From assembly GCA_022767075.1 (NCBI GenBank), contig JALEPP010000050.1, positions 120 to 64,119 of the forward strand: a stretch of 64,000 nt of DNA, in the 5' to 3' direction. The DNA is from Agathobacter sp. (GTDB lineage Bacteria; Bacillota; Clostridia; Lachnospirales; Lachnospiraceae). The notes beneath the pieces were generated by a model that saw only the letters and a program-made list of their open reading frames with translations, was not told the origin of the DNA and made no database searches. The translations under genes were made by a program, and so were the position numbers. Numbering within the stretch: position 1 is the stretch's first letter; every line of letters begins with the position of its first letter. Below, one piece after another: positions 28,649 to 39,258 of the stretch.

Positions 28649-31600
28649 TTACAAATCAAACAGCGATAGCTGGTTAGACTCCGGAATATCTCCAAGGAGT
28701 CCCAAATCTGCCATTAAATCTACGACTCCCTTTGATACATGGGTACGCTCTCTGAAATCATCCTTTGACAGGAAAGGCCCATCCTTTGCTGCTTCCGCGA
28801 TAGAAACAGCCGCATTATCTCCCAATCCTTCAATGGTGTTTAATGCAGGCATCAGCTTTCCGTCCATAATCTGAAAACGGTTGGGATGTGCCTTAAACAC
28901 ATCAATAGGCATAAATTCGAAGCCTCTGGCATACATTTCCTGAACAAGTCGCATATCCTTGTAGGTATCCTGCTCCTTATTGCTTAGGGTATCCATTCTT
29001 TTTTCATAATCGTGCATATACACTTCCAATTTTTCTTTTCCCATGCACATCAGCTCATAATTAAATGCGTTGGCGCGAATGGAAAAATAGGCAGCATAAT
29101 AGGCTAATGGATAAAACACCTTACAATAGGCAATACGCCATGCCATCATAACGTAAGCCGCCGCATGGGCCTTAGGGAACATGTACTTGATTTTCTTACA
29201 AGACCATATGTACCAATCCGGAACCCCATGTTCCACCATATCCTTTTCCCATTCCGGCTTCAAGCCCTTACCCTTTCGAACAGATTCCATGATGGTGAAG
29301 GATTCCTCACTGTCTAATCCCATTCCAATGAGATAAATCATGATATCATCTCGGGTACAGATTGCCGTGGAAATGGTGGCCTTCTTCTCCTCAATGAGTG
29401 TCTGGGCATTGCCAAGCCATACGTCTGTACCATGGGAAAGACCTGCAATTCGAATCAAATCCGAAAACTCCGTTGGCTGAGTGTCTCTGAGCATTCCCAT
29501 GGCAAAGTCTGTACCAAATTCCGGGATACCAAGGGCTCCCATGGTGGTGCCTCCGATATCCTCCGGCTTAATGCCAAGAGCACTGGTATTCTGGAATAGC
29601 GACATGACAGATTTGTCATCCAAGGGGATGGTGGTAGGGTCAAGCCCAGTCAAATCCTGTAGCATACGAATCATGGTAGGATCGTCGTGTCCCAGTATAT
29701 CAAGCTTTAGCAGGTTATGGTCAATGGAATGATAATCAAAATGCGTGGTGGTAATATCCACGGTCATATCATTGGCCGGATGCTGGATCGGCGTAAAGGT
29801 ATAAATCTGTTCTCCCATAGGAAGAACAACGATTCCACCCGGATGCTGTCCTGTGGTTCTTCGTACCCCTACACAGCCCTGGACAATGCGATCAATCTCA
29901 CAATTTCTTTTGTGTACCCCACGTTCCTCATAATAATTCTTGATGTATCCAAAGGCGGTCTTATCTGCAAGGGTACCTATGGTACCTGCCTTAAAGGTCT
30001 GTCCTTCTCCGAAAATAACCTCCGTGTACTTATGGGCCTTACTCTGATATTCTCCTGAGAAGTTCAAGTCAATATCCGGCTCTTTATTCCCTTTAAAGCC
30101 TAGGAAGGTCTCAAAAGGAATATCAAACCCCTGCTTCGATAATGGTCTTCCGCAATTAGGACAAATTGCATCCGGCATATCACAGCCGCTTCGTCCGGAA
30201 AAGGATTTCACCAGTTCCGAATCAAAATCACTGTATTTGCAGTTCTCACACAGATAATGGGCATGAAGCGGATTTACCTCTGTAATACCTGACATGGTAG
30301 CCACGAAGGAGCTTCCGACAGAACCTCTGGAGCCTACCAGGTATCCATCCTCATTGGATTTCCATACCAGCTTCTGGGCAATGATATACATTACGGCGTA
30401 TCCATTGGAAATAATGGAGTTTAACTCTCGTTCCAATCGCTCCTCTACAATAGCAGGAAGTTTATCTCCGTACATTTTGTGAGCCTTGTTATAACAGATA
30501 TCGCGAAGCATCTGATCGGAATTCTCAATGACCGGAGGACATTTATCCAAACGTACCGGTGATATGCGCTCACACATATCTGCGATACGATTGGTATTGG
30601 TTACCACTACCTCGTACGCCTTTTGGCTTCCCAGATACTCAAATTCCCTTAGCATCTCCTCTGTGGTGCGAAGATAAAGCGGTGCCTGATCATCCGCATC
30701 CTTAAAGCCTTTTCCTGCCATAATGATTCGTCTGTATATCTCATCCTCCGGATCAAGAAAATGCACATCACAGGTGGCAACCACAGGCTTTTGGAAGCTC
30801 TCTCCCAATCTCACAATCTTCTTGTTGATTTCAATTAAATCCTCATTGCTTGCAATTGGGGAATCCTCGTCACGAATCATAAATGCATTGTTCCCCAGAG
30901 GCTGTATCTCCAGATAATCATAAAAATCTACAATTCTTGCGATTTCTTCCTGGGGACGACCGTTTAAAATTCCTCGATACAGCTCTCCCGCTTCACAGGC
31001 AGAGCCAAGAAGCAATCCATCCCGGTATTTGATAAACTCACTCTTTGGGATTCTCGGTCTCTTATGATAATACTTAATATGAGCCAGACTGGTGAGACGA
31101 TATAAATTGGACCTTCCCTGCTCACAGGTTGCAAGAATGATTGCATGGTAAGTTGGAAGCTTCCAAATATTCTCTACGGAGGAGCCAAGAAGCCCATTCA
31201 CCTGATCCAGAGTATTGGCGCCTCGTTCCTTTAACATAGGAAGCATTTTCACGAAAATCTCTGCGGTGCAGGCCGCATCATCCACTGCTCTATGATGATG
31301 ATCCAAGGATACATTCAACGCCTTTGCCACAGTATCCAATTTAAAACGGTTCAGCTGTGGTAAAAGAACACGTGCAAGCGCAACCGTATCAACAATGGTA
31401 GGACGGCATGGAATATCCAGATCCTTGCAGTTTTTCTTAATAAATGCCATATCGAAGTCTGCATTGTGGGCTACCATGACACAATCCTTTGAGAACTCCA
31501 TGAAATCAGGTAATATCTCGTGAATCTGGGGTGCATTCATTACCATGTCGTCATTGATGCTGGTAAGCTGCTCAATTCGGAAAGGAATTGGGACCAATGG

Positions 31601-33094
31601 ATTGACAAAGGTCGAGAAGCGGTCGGTAATCTTACCACCCTGTACCTTTACGGCACCAATCTCAATGATTTTGTTGCTGTCCGGACTAAACCCGGTTGTC
31701 TCGATATCAAAGACAACGTAATCCTCATCCAGGGACTGGTTCTTGCTATCTGTAACGATGTCCTTCAGGTCATCCACCAGATAGGCTTCCACTCCGTAGA
31801 TCACCTTAAACTTATCGTCAATGGCGTGATTGGCATCCGGGAAGGCCTGTACATCCCCGTGGTCCGTTATGGCAATGGCTTTGTGCTCCCATTTCATGGC
31901 ACGTTTTACAATGTCTTTTACATCGGAAACGCCATCCATATCGCTCATTTTTGTATGACAATGCAATTCAACTCTCTTTTCCGGCGCTGTATCCATACGA
32001 ACAGACGTAAAATCAGAGATTTTCTTAATTCCCACTACCGAACCAATGGTTAAATCATTGTCGAACTTATCCAGTGCACATACACCTTGTACCTTCACAA
32101 AGCTCCCGGGCTTTAAGCCTGCCTTAAGCTCCGGCAAATCCTCATTTTTACTAAACAATTTCACCATGATGGTATCCGTGAAATCGGTTAAGGTAAAACT
32201 GATGATGGTTCTCTCATTTCGAATCTCTCTGGTATCAAACGTAAGAACCTTCCCCCGAAGAACAACCTCTCCAATGGGGCCATCAATCTTGGCAATTTCC
32301 AGAGTCTCTTCCTCGATGTCTCTTCCGTAGATAACGTCCGGGTTATCTGATTTTTTCACAGAATCACGCTCGAAGCGGCGACGGAATTCGCCCTTCTTCT
32401 CGAAGCTTTTCTTTTCAAATTTGTTGGCTTCCTTCTTCCCGGACTCAGATTTTTTAATGTTCTCTTTGGTGGCAGCCGTTTGGGTCCCCTCAGAAGTAGC
32501 CTTACTGTCTGCCCCTCCTGTCCGTGCAATAATCTGCTGTACTTCCTGCTTAATCTGTGCTTCATTATTCTTTTGAAACTGGTTTTCTTTGGGTTCTCGA
32601 TAGGTTACCTGAATCATAAGATTCATTCCACACCGCTCACAGAAAACCTTTTCCAGAAACGCCATGATTTCATCGCTTCTGGTCTGGGCAATAATTGTAT
32701 TCTCCAGATTCAAGGTAAGATGCTTCTCATCGGTAAAAGTAAAATCTGCTGTCCTCAGCAGATTTCCTTCCAAAACCGAGTACGCCGTCAATTCATCCAG
32801 GATACTTTCCTTGTATACCTCATAGAGCTTCTCCGGAGTATACTGACCGGAAAGCTCATATTTTTGCATCACAAAAACGCGAGCCTGTCCTCTGAAAATC
32901 TGTGCCTCGATTGCCTCTTCCAATTTTTTAATGTTCTTATAGAAAATCAGTCTCCTTCCAACCATGTAGATTCGTACTTTATCTTTATCATGGTTGGTAC
33001 TGATCTTCTCAACAGTTGCTTCCTCTAAAAGCTTACGAAGTTCCTCCTCAACCTGTAGGGTTGGAAAAACCTTTCGAAATGCTTCACTTGCCAT
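28649..33094 (-). CDS. polC: DNA polymerase III PolC-type
   Basis: ELHCHTKMSDMDG PHP domain, VFDIETTG exonuclease, GSRGSVGSS, PDIDLNFSGE, YMFPKAHAAAY. Confidence 0.99.
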   Translation of the reverse strand: MASEAFRKVFPTLQVEEELRKLLEEATVEKISTNHDKDKVRIYMVGRRLIFYKNIKKLEEAIEAQIFRGQARVFVMQKYELSGQYTPEKLYEVYKESILDELTAYSVLEGNLLRTADFTFTDEKHLTLNLENTIIAQTRSDEIMAFLEKVFCERCGMNLMIQVTYREPKENQFQKNNEAQIKQEVQQIIARTGGADSKATSEGTQTAATKENIKKSESGKKEANKFEKKSFEKKGEFRRRFERDSVKKSDNPDVIYGRDIEEETLEIAKIDGPIGEVVLRGKVLTFDTREIRNERTIISFTLTDFTDTIMVKLFSKNEDLPELKAGLKPGSFVKVQGVCALDKFDNDLTIGSVVGIKKISDFTSVRMDTAPEKRVELHCHTKMSDMDGVSDVKDIVKRAMKWEHKAIAITDHGDVQAFPDANHAIDDKFKVIYGVEAYLVDDLKDIVTDSKNQSLDEDYVVFDIETTGFSPDSNKIIEIGAVKVQGGKITDRFSTFVNPLVPIPFRIEQLTSINDDMVMNAPQIHEILPDFMEFSKDCVMVAHNADFDMAFIKKNCKDLDIPCRPTIVDTVALARVLLPQLNRFKLDTVAKALNVSLDHHHRAVDDAACTAEIFVKMLPMLKERGANTLDQVNGLLGSSVENIWKLPTYHAIILATCEQGRSNLYRLTSLAHIKYYHKRPRIPKSEFIKYRDGLLLGSACEAGELYRGILNGRPQEEIARIVDFYDYLEIQPLGNNAFMIRDEDSPIASNEDLIEINKKIVRLGESFQKPVVATCDVHFLDPEDEIYRRIIMAGKGFKDADDQAPLYLRTTEEMLREFEYLGSQKAYEVVVTNTNRIADMCERISPVRLDKCPPVIENSDQMLRDICYNKAHKMYGDKLPAIVEERLERELNSIISNGYAVMYIIAQKLVWKSNEDGYLVGSRGSVGSSFVATMSGITEVNPLHAHYLCENCKYSDFDSELVKSFSGRSGCDMPDAICPNCGRPLSKQGFDIPFETFLGFKGNKEPDIDLNFSGEYQSKAHKYTEVIFGEGQTFKAGTIGTLADKTAFGYIKNYYEERGVHKRNCEIDRIVQGCVGVRRTTGQHPGGIVVLPMGEQIYTFTPIQHPANDMTVDITTTHFDYHSIDHNLLKLDILGHDDPTMIRMLQDLTGLDPTTIPLDDKSVMSLFQNTSALGIKPEDIGGTTMGALGIPEFGTDFAMGMLRDTQPTEFSDLIRIAGLSHGTDVWLGNAQTLIEEKKATISTAICTRDDIMIYLIGMGLDSEESFTIMESVRKGKGLKPEWEKDMVEHGVPDWYIWSCKKIKYMFPKAHAAAYVMMAWRIAYCKVFYPLAYYAAYFSIRANAFNYELMCMGKEKLEVYMHDYEKRMDTLSNKEQDTYKDMRLVQEMYARGFEFMPIDVFKAHPNRFQIMDGKLMPALNTIEGLGDNAAVSIAEAAKDGPFLSKDDFRERTHVSKGVVDLMADLGLLGDIPESNQLSLFDL

Positions 33095-34159
33095 CTATGC
33101 TTCACCCCAATGGTCTAATTCCTTCTTAAGTTCTGATAAGAGAGCCTCCTCCGGCACTTTTCTATCAATTACGCCATGTTTAATAATAAGCCCCTCTCCG
33201 ATGCCTCCGGCCACACCAAGATCTGCTTCCTTCGCTTCCCCCGGTCCGTTCACAACGCATCCCATTACAGCCACCTTTATATCCAAAGGGTAATCAGCCA
33301 CCAGCTGTTCCACCTGGTTTGCCAGCTGAATCAGGTTAATCTGTGTTCTGCCACAGGTTGGGCAGGATACGACCTCAATACCGCCCTTTCGAATTCCAAG
33401 TGTGCGAAGAATGGTTTTTGCCGAGATAATCTCCTGAATAGGATCTCCTGTAAGAGAAACACGAATGGTGTCTCCAATTCCCTGATTTAAAATCAGCCCA
33501 AGTCCAATTGCAGACTTAATATTACCGCTGTTAATGGTACCTGCCTCTGTGATTCCAACATGGAGAGGATAATCCGTCTGATTGGTGATAAGCTCATGGG
33601 CCTTTACACACATCATCACATCCGATGACTTGATGCTGATTACCAGATTGTCATATCCCATATCTTCAATAAGAGCCACCTTGTCCAGAGCGCTCTCCAC
33701 AAGTCCCTCTGCCGTAACCCCATGGTATTTTTCTACAAGCTGTTTCTCCAAGGAACCTGAGTTTACACCCACGCGGATAGGAATCTTACGGCTTTTTGCC
33801 TCATCAACAACGGCTTTTACCCTTTCCTTCGCTCCAATATTTCCGGGATTGATACGAATCTTATCTGCACCATTTTCCATTGCCGCAATAGCAAGTCTAT
33901 AATCGAAATGGATATCTGCAACAAGAGGAATCTCTATCTGCTTTTTGATTTCAGAAAGAGCCTTTGCAGCCTCCATCGTAGGAACCGCACATCGAATAAT
34001 CTCACATCCGGCGTTAGTAAGCTCCTTAATCTGTGCTACGGTTGCCTTCACATCTTCCGTCTTTGTGTTGGTCATAGATTGAATTCGAATTGGATTACTG
34101 CCTCCAATGCCCACATTTCCAATGGTAACAACTTTTGTGTGTTTTCTTTCCATCATCAT
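33095..34159 (-). CDS. ispG: 4-hydroxy-3-methylbut-2-en-1-yl diphosphate synthase
   Basis: IQSMTNT, ADIHFD, RINPGNIG, SCPTCGR, VMGCVVNGPGE. Confidence 0.98.
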   Translation of the reverse strand: MMMERKHTKVVTIGNVGIGGSNPIRIQSMTNTKTEDVKATVAQIKELTNAGCEIIRCAVPTMEAAKALSEIKKQIEIPLVADIHFDYRLAIAAMENGADKIRINPGNIGAKERVKAVVDEAKSRKIPIRVGVNSGSLEKQLVEKYHGVTAEGLVESALDKVALIEDMGYDNLVISIKSSDVMMCVKAHELITNQTDYPLHVGITEAGTINSGNIKSAIGLGLILNQGIGDTIRVSLTGDPIQEIISAKTILRTLGIRKGGIEVVSCPTCGRTQINLIQLANQVEQLVADYPLDIKVAVMGCVVNGPGEAKEADLGVAGGIGEGLIIKHGVIDRKVPEEALLSELKKELDHWGEA

Positions 34160-34183
34160 TTCATCCCTTTCTTACCGGTCCGG

Positions 34184-35224
34184 TTAGCGTATAAATAACC
34201 TGCGAATGTCATTCATCATGACAAAGACCATCAATAGCATCAACAGTGCAATTCCAATAAAATGAACCATACCTTCTTTGTTTGGGTCAATTTTTTTCCT
34301 TCTGACAGCTTCTACAAGTAAAAATACCAGTCTGCCGCCATCCAATGCCGGCAAAGGTAACAGATTCATTACCCCAAGGTTTGCTGACAGGAAAATTGCA
34401 ATGTTTAATAGATTCAGGAATGCATAATACGCCCCATCCGTCTCCAACGACTGCTGATAGGTATCTCCAATGGTGGACACAATACCTACCGGTCCTGACA
34501 AATCATTTGGCGACACCTTCCCGGTTATGAGTAGACGCAGACTCTGGACAGTGGTATCTATCCAATAGCCTACCTCGTGAAAGCTATACACAAAGCATTT
34601 TATCGGACTTATCTTTTCCCTGACACCATATCCTATAAAACCATAAAGATATCTTCCGCTCTCCTCATCCAAGGTAGGGGTCAGCACTGTCTCAATTTTC
34701 TCCCCATCTCTATCTACGACAACGGTAATAGCTTCTCCCGGATAGAACGTTGAAAAGCTGCTAATCTCCCTGTAAAAGTGTATCTTCTTTCCATTGATGG
34801 ATACAATGGTATCTCCGCCCTGAATTCCTGCGGCATCTGCAGCATATCCCGGAATCACATCATACAGCTTTGGCAAATCACAGCCAACGGACAACAGCAG
34901 GATAAACGCGAAAACGAAAGCCATAATGAAATTAAAGAAAGGCCCCGCAAATACGACACTGATTCTCGCCCATACGGATTTGTTGTTAAAGGCTCTTTCA
35001 TTGGTGCTGCTTTCGTCCTCTCCCTCCATAATACAAGCTCCACCAAAGGGTAACAGCTTAATGGAGTATTTGGTCTCTCCCTTTTGAATTCCAAAAAGTG
35101 TCGGTCCAAGGCCAAGGCAAAATTCATTCACCTGGATGCCATTTGCTTTTGCAAGCAAAAAATGTCCAAGCTCATGAAATAAGATAATGATACTGAAAAT
35201 TAATATTGCGATAATAATACTCAT
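34184..35224 (-). CDS. rseP: RIP metalloprotease RseP
   Basis: HELGH, AGPFFNF, PDZ domain, NLLPLPALDGG; ATGA overlap with dxr. Confidence 0.96.
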   Translation of the reverse strand: MSIIIAILIFSIIILFHELGHFLLAKANGIQVNEFCLGLGPTLFGIQKGETKYSIKLLPFGGACIMEGEDESSTNERAFNNKSVWARISVVFAGPFFNFIMAFVFAFILLLSVGCDLPKLYDVIPGYAADAAGIQGGDTIVSINGKKIHFYREISSFSTFYPGEAITVVVDRDGEKIETVLTPTLDEESGRYLYGFIGYGVREKISPIKCFVYSFHEVGYWIDTTVQSLRLLITGKVSPNDLSGPVGIVSTIGDTYQQSLETDGAYYAFLNLLNIAIFLSANLGVMNLLPLPALDGGRLVFLLVEAVRRKKIDPNKEGMVHFIGIALLMLLMVFVMMNDIRRLFIR

Positions 35225-36375
35225 AAATGTCTTTCCCATCTGCGATCAATAAAGTCATAGGTTGCCTGCTCTGTTTGCAGCACCTCATCCAGAGATGGAT
35301 TTGCCACAAATGCAACCTCGCTCATGGCGGCTTCAATGATTTCAGGTATCTCCAGATATGCAATCTCTCGATTCAAAAATCTTGCAACAGCCGCTTCATT
35401 TGCTGCATTGTAAATGGTTGGAATATTTCCTCCCTTCTCCATTGCAGTATATGCAAGAGCCAACCCTTTGAATGTATCCAAATCAGGCTTTTCAAAGGTG
35501 AGATTAGCGATTTCAAACAGGTCTAATGGTTTTCCGGACAGTGGTTTTCGATCAGGATAATACAAAGCATACTGAATCGGGAGTCTCATGTCAGGAGTGC
35601 CCAGCTGTGCAATCACTGCTCCATCAACAAATTCTACCCCTGAATGAATCACACTCTGAGGATGTACCACCACCTGAATCTGTGGAAGCTCCACCTCAAA
35701 AAGCCATTTTGCCTCCATCACTTCCAGTCCTTTATTTACCATGGTAGAGGAATCAATGGTAATCTTTCTGCCCATAGCCCAGTTGGGATGCTTTAGGGCA
35801 TCCTCCACCTGAATATTGGAAAGCTCGCTTCGTTTTTTCCCTCGGAAAGGACCACCTGATGCTGTTAACAGGATTTTAGAAATCTTGTTCTGTCTCTCCC
35901 CATGGATAGACTGGAAAATTGCACTATGCTCACTGTCAACCGGAAGAATCGACACCTGATGTGCCTTTGCAAGAGGCATAATAATATGACCTGCCGTTAC
36001 CAGGGTCTCTTTGTTGGCAAGGGCAATATGCTTTCCTGATTGGATAGCAGCTACAGTAGGACGAAGACCAAGCATGCCCACAATGGCCGTCACTAATGTA
36101 TCATAGCCCTCCATGGTGGAAATGGTAATCAGCCCTTCCATGCCATGGTAAACCTCTACCTGCAGATCTGAAATTCTCTGTTTTAGCTCCCTAGCATCTT
36201 CTTCCTTCCAAAGAGCCACCGCCCTTGGATGAAACTCTCTAATCTGTTTTTCCAAAAGGGACACATTGCTTCCGCAAGCCAGTGCCACCACTTCAATATC
36301 CTTTTGTTCCCTGACCACCTCAAGAGTCTGGGTTCCTATGGAACCGGTGGATCCAAGAATTGCTATTTTTTTCAT
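35221..36375 (-). CDS. dxr: 1-deoxy-D-xylulose-5-phosphate reductoisomerase
   Basis: LGSTGSIGTQTL, LANKE, LPVDSEHSAIFQ, NKGLEVMEA. Confidence 0.99.
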   Translation of the reverse strand: MKKIAILGSTGSIGTQTLEVVREQKDIEVVALACGSNVSLLEKQIREFHPRAVALWKEEDARELKQRISDLQVEVYHGMEGLITISTMEGYDTLVTAIVGMLGLRPTVAAIQSGKHIALANKETLVTAGHIIMPLAKAHQVSILPVDSEHSAIFQSIHGERQNKISKILLTASGGPFRGKKRSELSNIQVEDALKHPNWAMGRKITIDSSTMVNKGLEVMEAKWLFEVELPQIQVVVHPQSVIHSGVEFVDGAVIAQLGTPDMRLPIQYALYYPDRKPLSGKPLDLFEIANLTFEKPDLDTFKGLALAYTAMEKGGNIPTIYNAANEAAVARFLNREIAYLEIPEIIEAAMSEVAFVANPSLDEVLQTEQATYDFIDRRWERHL

Positions 36376-36391
36376 AGATCATTTCCTTCTT

Positions 36392-37192
36392 TTAAATGAA
36401 ATAATAAGACAGATAATAAATAATTGGTGCAATGATAATCATACTGTCAAAGCGATCCAAAATCCCACCATGTCCCGGAATCAGCTTTCCATAATCCTTG
36501 ATATCATAATTGCGTTTGATGGCAGAAGCCATCAGATCCCCAATCATAGAAATAAATGCTGCCACACAGGAAATCAGAGTAATTAGCAAAAGTTCTCTGG
36601 TGTCCATCTCCATATTATCCTTACATAAGAAACAAAATACAAAGGTAATCAGGCCCGCTCCAAGAACGCCGCCTATCGCTCCCTCCACAGATTTCTTTGG
36701 GGACAAAATCGGTGACATCTTGTGCTTGCCAATGAGCTTTCCGACGCAGTATGCGCAGGTATCGCACCCCCATGAACAGGAGAATATCAAAAAGCAAAGG
36801 TATGCCCCATGGTCCATCATTCTCAGACGGTACACATAGGAAAGCATTACCGCCACATAGAATACTCCAAAAAACACCATAAATATCTGCTTTGCATCAT
36901 ACTTAGGATACGACAGTACAAACACCATCATAAGGATTGTCAAAAATCCAATAAAAATCACATAGGGATCCTTGGCAAACGGAAAAAGCAAGCTGATTTC
37001 ATAAACTACGGCCGCCAGATAACCCACAAAGCCCAAAGGCTTATTGTGAACCTCCAATACCCGATACAGCTCATACATGCCGATGAGGGAGATTACTCCT
37101 AATGCGGCCCACAAAATATTACCACCTGCTATAATTAGTAAAACTGCCAGAATCACAAGAACGATCCCGCTTATCAAACGTGTTTTAAACAT
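36392..37192 (-). CDS. cdsA: Phosphatidate cytidylyltransferase
   Basis: DTCAYCVG, SPKKSVEG, KDYGKLIPGHGGILDRFDS. Confidence 0.97.
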   Translation of the reverse strand: MFKTRLISGIVLVILAVLLIIAGGNILWAALGVISLIGMYELYRVLEVHNKPLGFVGYLAAVVYEISLLFPFAKDPYVIFIGFLTILMMVFVLSYPKYDAKQIFMVFFGVFYVAVMLSYVYRLRMMDHGAYLCFLIFSCSWGCDTCAYCVGKLIGKHKMSPILSPKKSVEGAIGGVLGAGLITFVFCFLCKDNMEMDTRELLLITLISCVAAFISMIGDLMASAIKRNYDIKDYGKLIPGHGGILDRFDSMIIIAPIIYYLSYYFI

Positions 37193-37207
37193 AGTAACTC
37201 CTATCTA

Positions 37208-37906
37208 TTACAATTTTCCAAATCTTCGGTTGCGATTCTCGTATGCATCCACAGCCTTTTTCAATTCCTTTTCATCAAAATCCGGCCATGGCACCTCGGT
37301 GAAATAAAATTCACTATAGGCAAGCTGCCATAAAAGATAATTGGAAAGTCTTTGTTCTCCACTGGTTCGAATCATCAGGTCCGGTTCCGGAAGTCCTTTG
37401 GTATCCAGATAGTCTCCAAACATCTCTTCGTCGATATCATCCAACGAAAGGTTCTGATTCTGCACATCAGAAACAAGCTTTTTGATGCCTCGAATCATTT
37501 CATCCCTACTTCCATAGTTTATGGCTATGGTTAGATTCAATCCGGTATTGACTGCTGATAATTCCTCCAGCTGGGCAATACGCTCCTGAAACTTTTCTGT
37601 GAGTCCCGTCTTATCTCCGATTACGCGAACTCTCATATTGTTTTTTTCCGCGGTTTTCACGCAATTCTTTAAATAACTCTCTAACAGGGTCATAAGAGCC
37701 TGCACTTCCGATTCCGGTCTCTTCCAGTTCTCTGTAGAAAAAGCATACAATGTGAGATATTCAATTCCTAAATCATTGGCCGCTTTACAGATTGTCTCAA
37801 CATTTTTGGCTCCAACAGTATGTCCGTAATTTCTAGGCATTCCTTTACTTTTTGCCCATCTTCCGTTTCCGTCAAGAATAATTGCCACATGTCTGGGTAC
37901 ACTCAT
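37208..37906 (-). CDS. uppS: Undecaprenyl diphosphate synthase
   Basis: HVAIILDGNGRWA, YAFSTENWKRP, IRTSGEQRLSNYLLWQ; GGAGG before ATG at 37906. Confidence 0.98.
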   Translation of the reverse strand: MSVPRHVAIILDGNGRWAKSKGMPRNYGHTVGAKNVETICKAANDLGIEYLTLYAFSTENWKRPESEVQALMTLLESYLKNCVKTAEKNNMRVRVIGDKTGLTEKFQERIAQLEELSAVNTGLNLTIAINYGSRDEMIRGIKKLVSDVQNQNLSLDDIDEEMFGDYLDTKGLPEPDLMIRTSGEQRLSNYLLWQLAYSEFYFTEVPWPDFDEKELKKAVDAYENRNRRFGKL

Positions 37907-37940
37907 GGTTATTCCTCCGTTTCTCATAAAATAGCGCAAA

Positions 37941-37965
37941 CGGGACAAGAACTGGCCTTGTCCCG
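37941..37965 (-). terminator. Hairpin after frr (weak terminator or stabiliser)
   Basis: CGGGACAAG-7nt-CTTGTCCCG with short U-tail. Confidence 0.55.
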
Positions 37966-37973
37966 CATCTTTC

Positions 37974-38528
37974 TTATACTGTAAGAATCTCTTTTGATTT
38001 TACTTCAATGGCCTTATCAATCTCAGCTACATACTTATCAGTGAGCTTCTGAGCGTTGTCCTCAAGGTCCTTAATCACATCCTCGGAAATGTCTTCGGTC
38101 TTTCCAAGCTTCTTAAAGGTGTCAATGGCATCTCGACGAATGTTACGGATTGCAACCTTCGCATCTTCCCCTTTTTTCTTAATGTCCTTAACCATCTCTT
38201 TACGACGATCCTCTGTAAGCTCCGGGAATACCAGACGAATCACTTTGCCGTCGTTGGTTGGGTTGATTCCCAAATCAGAAACGAGAATTGCTTTCTCAAT
38301 TTCCTTTACCATAGATGCTTCCCAAGGCTGAATCTGAATAATTCTTGGCTCTGGAACACTGACATTGGCTACTGACTGAATTGGACTTGGTGTACCATAG
38401 TAATCTACACGAAGCTTATCCAGTACGTGAGGATTGGCACGACCTGCACGAATGCCGGCATATTCTTCCTCAAGATTGTGCAATGATTTTTTCATCTTGT
38501 CTTCAAAAGCTACTAATCTCTCATCCAT
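37974..38528 (-). CDS. frr: Ribosome recycling factor
   Basis: IRAGRANP, VDYYG, LGINPTNDG, ELTEDRRKE, AIRNIRRDA. Confidence 0.99.
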   Translation of the reverse strand: MDERLVAFEDKMKKSLHNLEEEYAGIRAGRANPHVLDKLRVDYYGTPSPIQSVANVSVPEPRIIQIQPWEASMVKEIEKAILVSDLGINPTNDGKVIRLVFPELTEDRRKEMVKDIKKKGEDAKVAIRNIRRDAIDTFKKLGKTEDISEDVIKDLEDNAQKLTDKYVAEIDKAIEVKSKEILTV

Positions 38529-38543
38529 GTGTTTTCCTCCACT

Positions 38544-39239
38544 TTATACGGTAACCTTTGTTCCGCTAAATTTGCCGGTAACGGCATTTACAATGCTATT
38601 CTCTTCGTTTAAGCCAAATACATACATTGGCATACGATTCTCTAAGCTCATAATCGATGCAGTAAGATCTACAACTGCAAGCTTCTTATCTACAACTTCC
38701 TCAATGGAAACCTCATCGTATTTCTTTGCATTGGGATTGGTCTTTGGATCGCTGTCGTATACTCCATCAATTGCTTTTGCAAGATAGATGCCCTCAGCTT
38801 CAATCTCAATGGCACGAAGTACGGTTGCGGTGTCTGTTGAGAAGTAAGGATGTCCTGTTCCTCCTGCAAAAAATACCACCATATTCTTTGCAAAATATTT
38901 GTTGGCACGATCCTTTGAATAGAGCTTGGTCATGGAGCCACATTCAAAAGGGGTTAATACCTGTGTCATCATTCCAACAGAACGGAAAATCTCAGACACG
39001 TAAATACAGTTCATAATCGTAGCGAGCATTCCAATCTGGTCAGCCTTTGTACGATCAATGGTCTCACTGGTACGACCACGCCAGAAGTTGCCACCACCGA
39101 TAACAATACCAACCTGAACACCTTTATCCACAAGCTCTTTTACCTGTTTGGCAACAACAGTAACCGTTGCTTCGTCAAATCCATGGTGTTTTTCTCCTGC
39201 AAGTGCTTCTCCGCTAAGCTTCAGTAAAATACGTTTCAT
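38544..39239 (-). CDS. pyrH: UMP kinase
   Basis: RILLKLSGEAL, IGGGNFWRG, GTGHPYFSTD. Confidence 0.99.
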   Translation of the reverse strand: MKRILLKLSGEALAGEKHHGFDEATVTVVAKQVKELVDKGVQVGIVIGGGNFWRGRTSETIDRTKADQIGMLATIMNCIYVSEIFRSVGMMTQVLTPFECGSMTKLYSKDRANKYFAKNMVVFFAGGTGHPYFSTDTATVLRAIEIEAEGIYLAKAIDGVYDSDPKTNPNAKKYDEVSIEEVVDKKLAVVDLTASIMSLENRMPMYVFGLNEENSIVNAVTGKFSGTKVTV

Positions 39240-39258
39240 GAGTATATCCTCTCTTCAA

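Noticed and set aside
28649-33094. Intein or insertion in PolC
   Set aside because: 1481 aa is a normal PolC size, the domains are contiguous, and I saw no splicing or LAGLIDADG motifs.
33092-33097. IspG-PolC readthrough fusion (TAG directly followed by in-frame ATG)
   Set aside because: Both proteins are complete; abutting genes with translational coupling is the simpler explanation.
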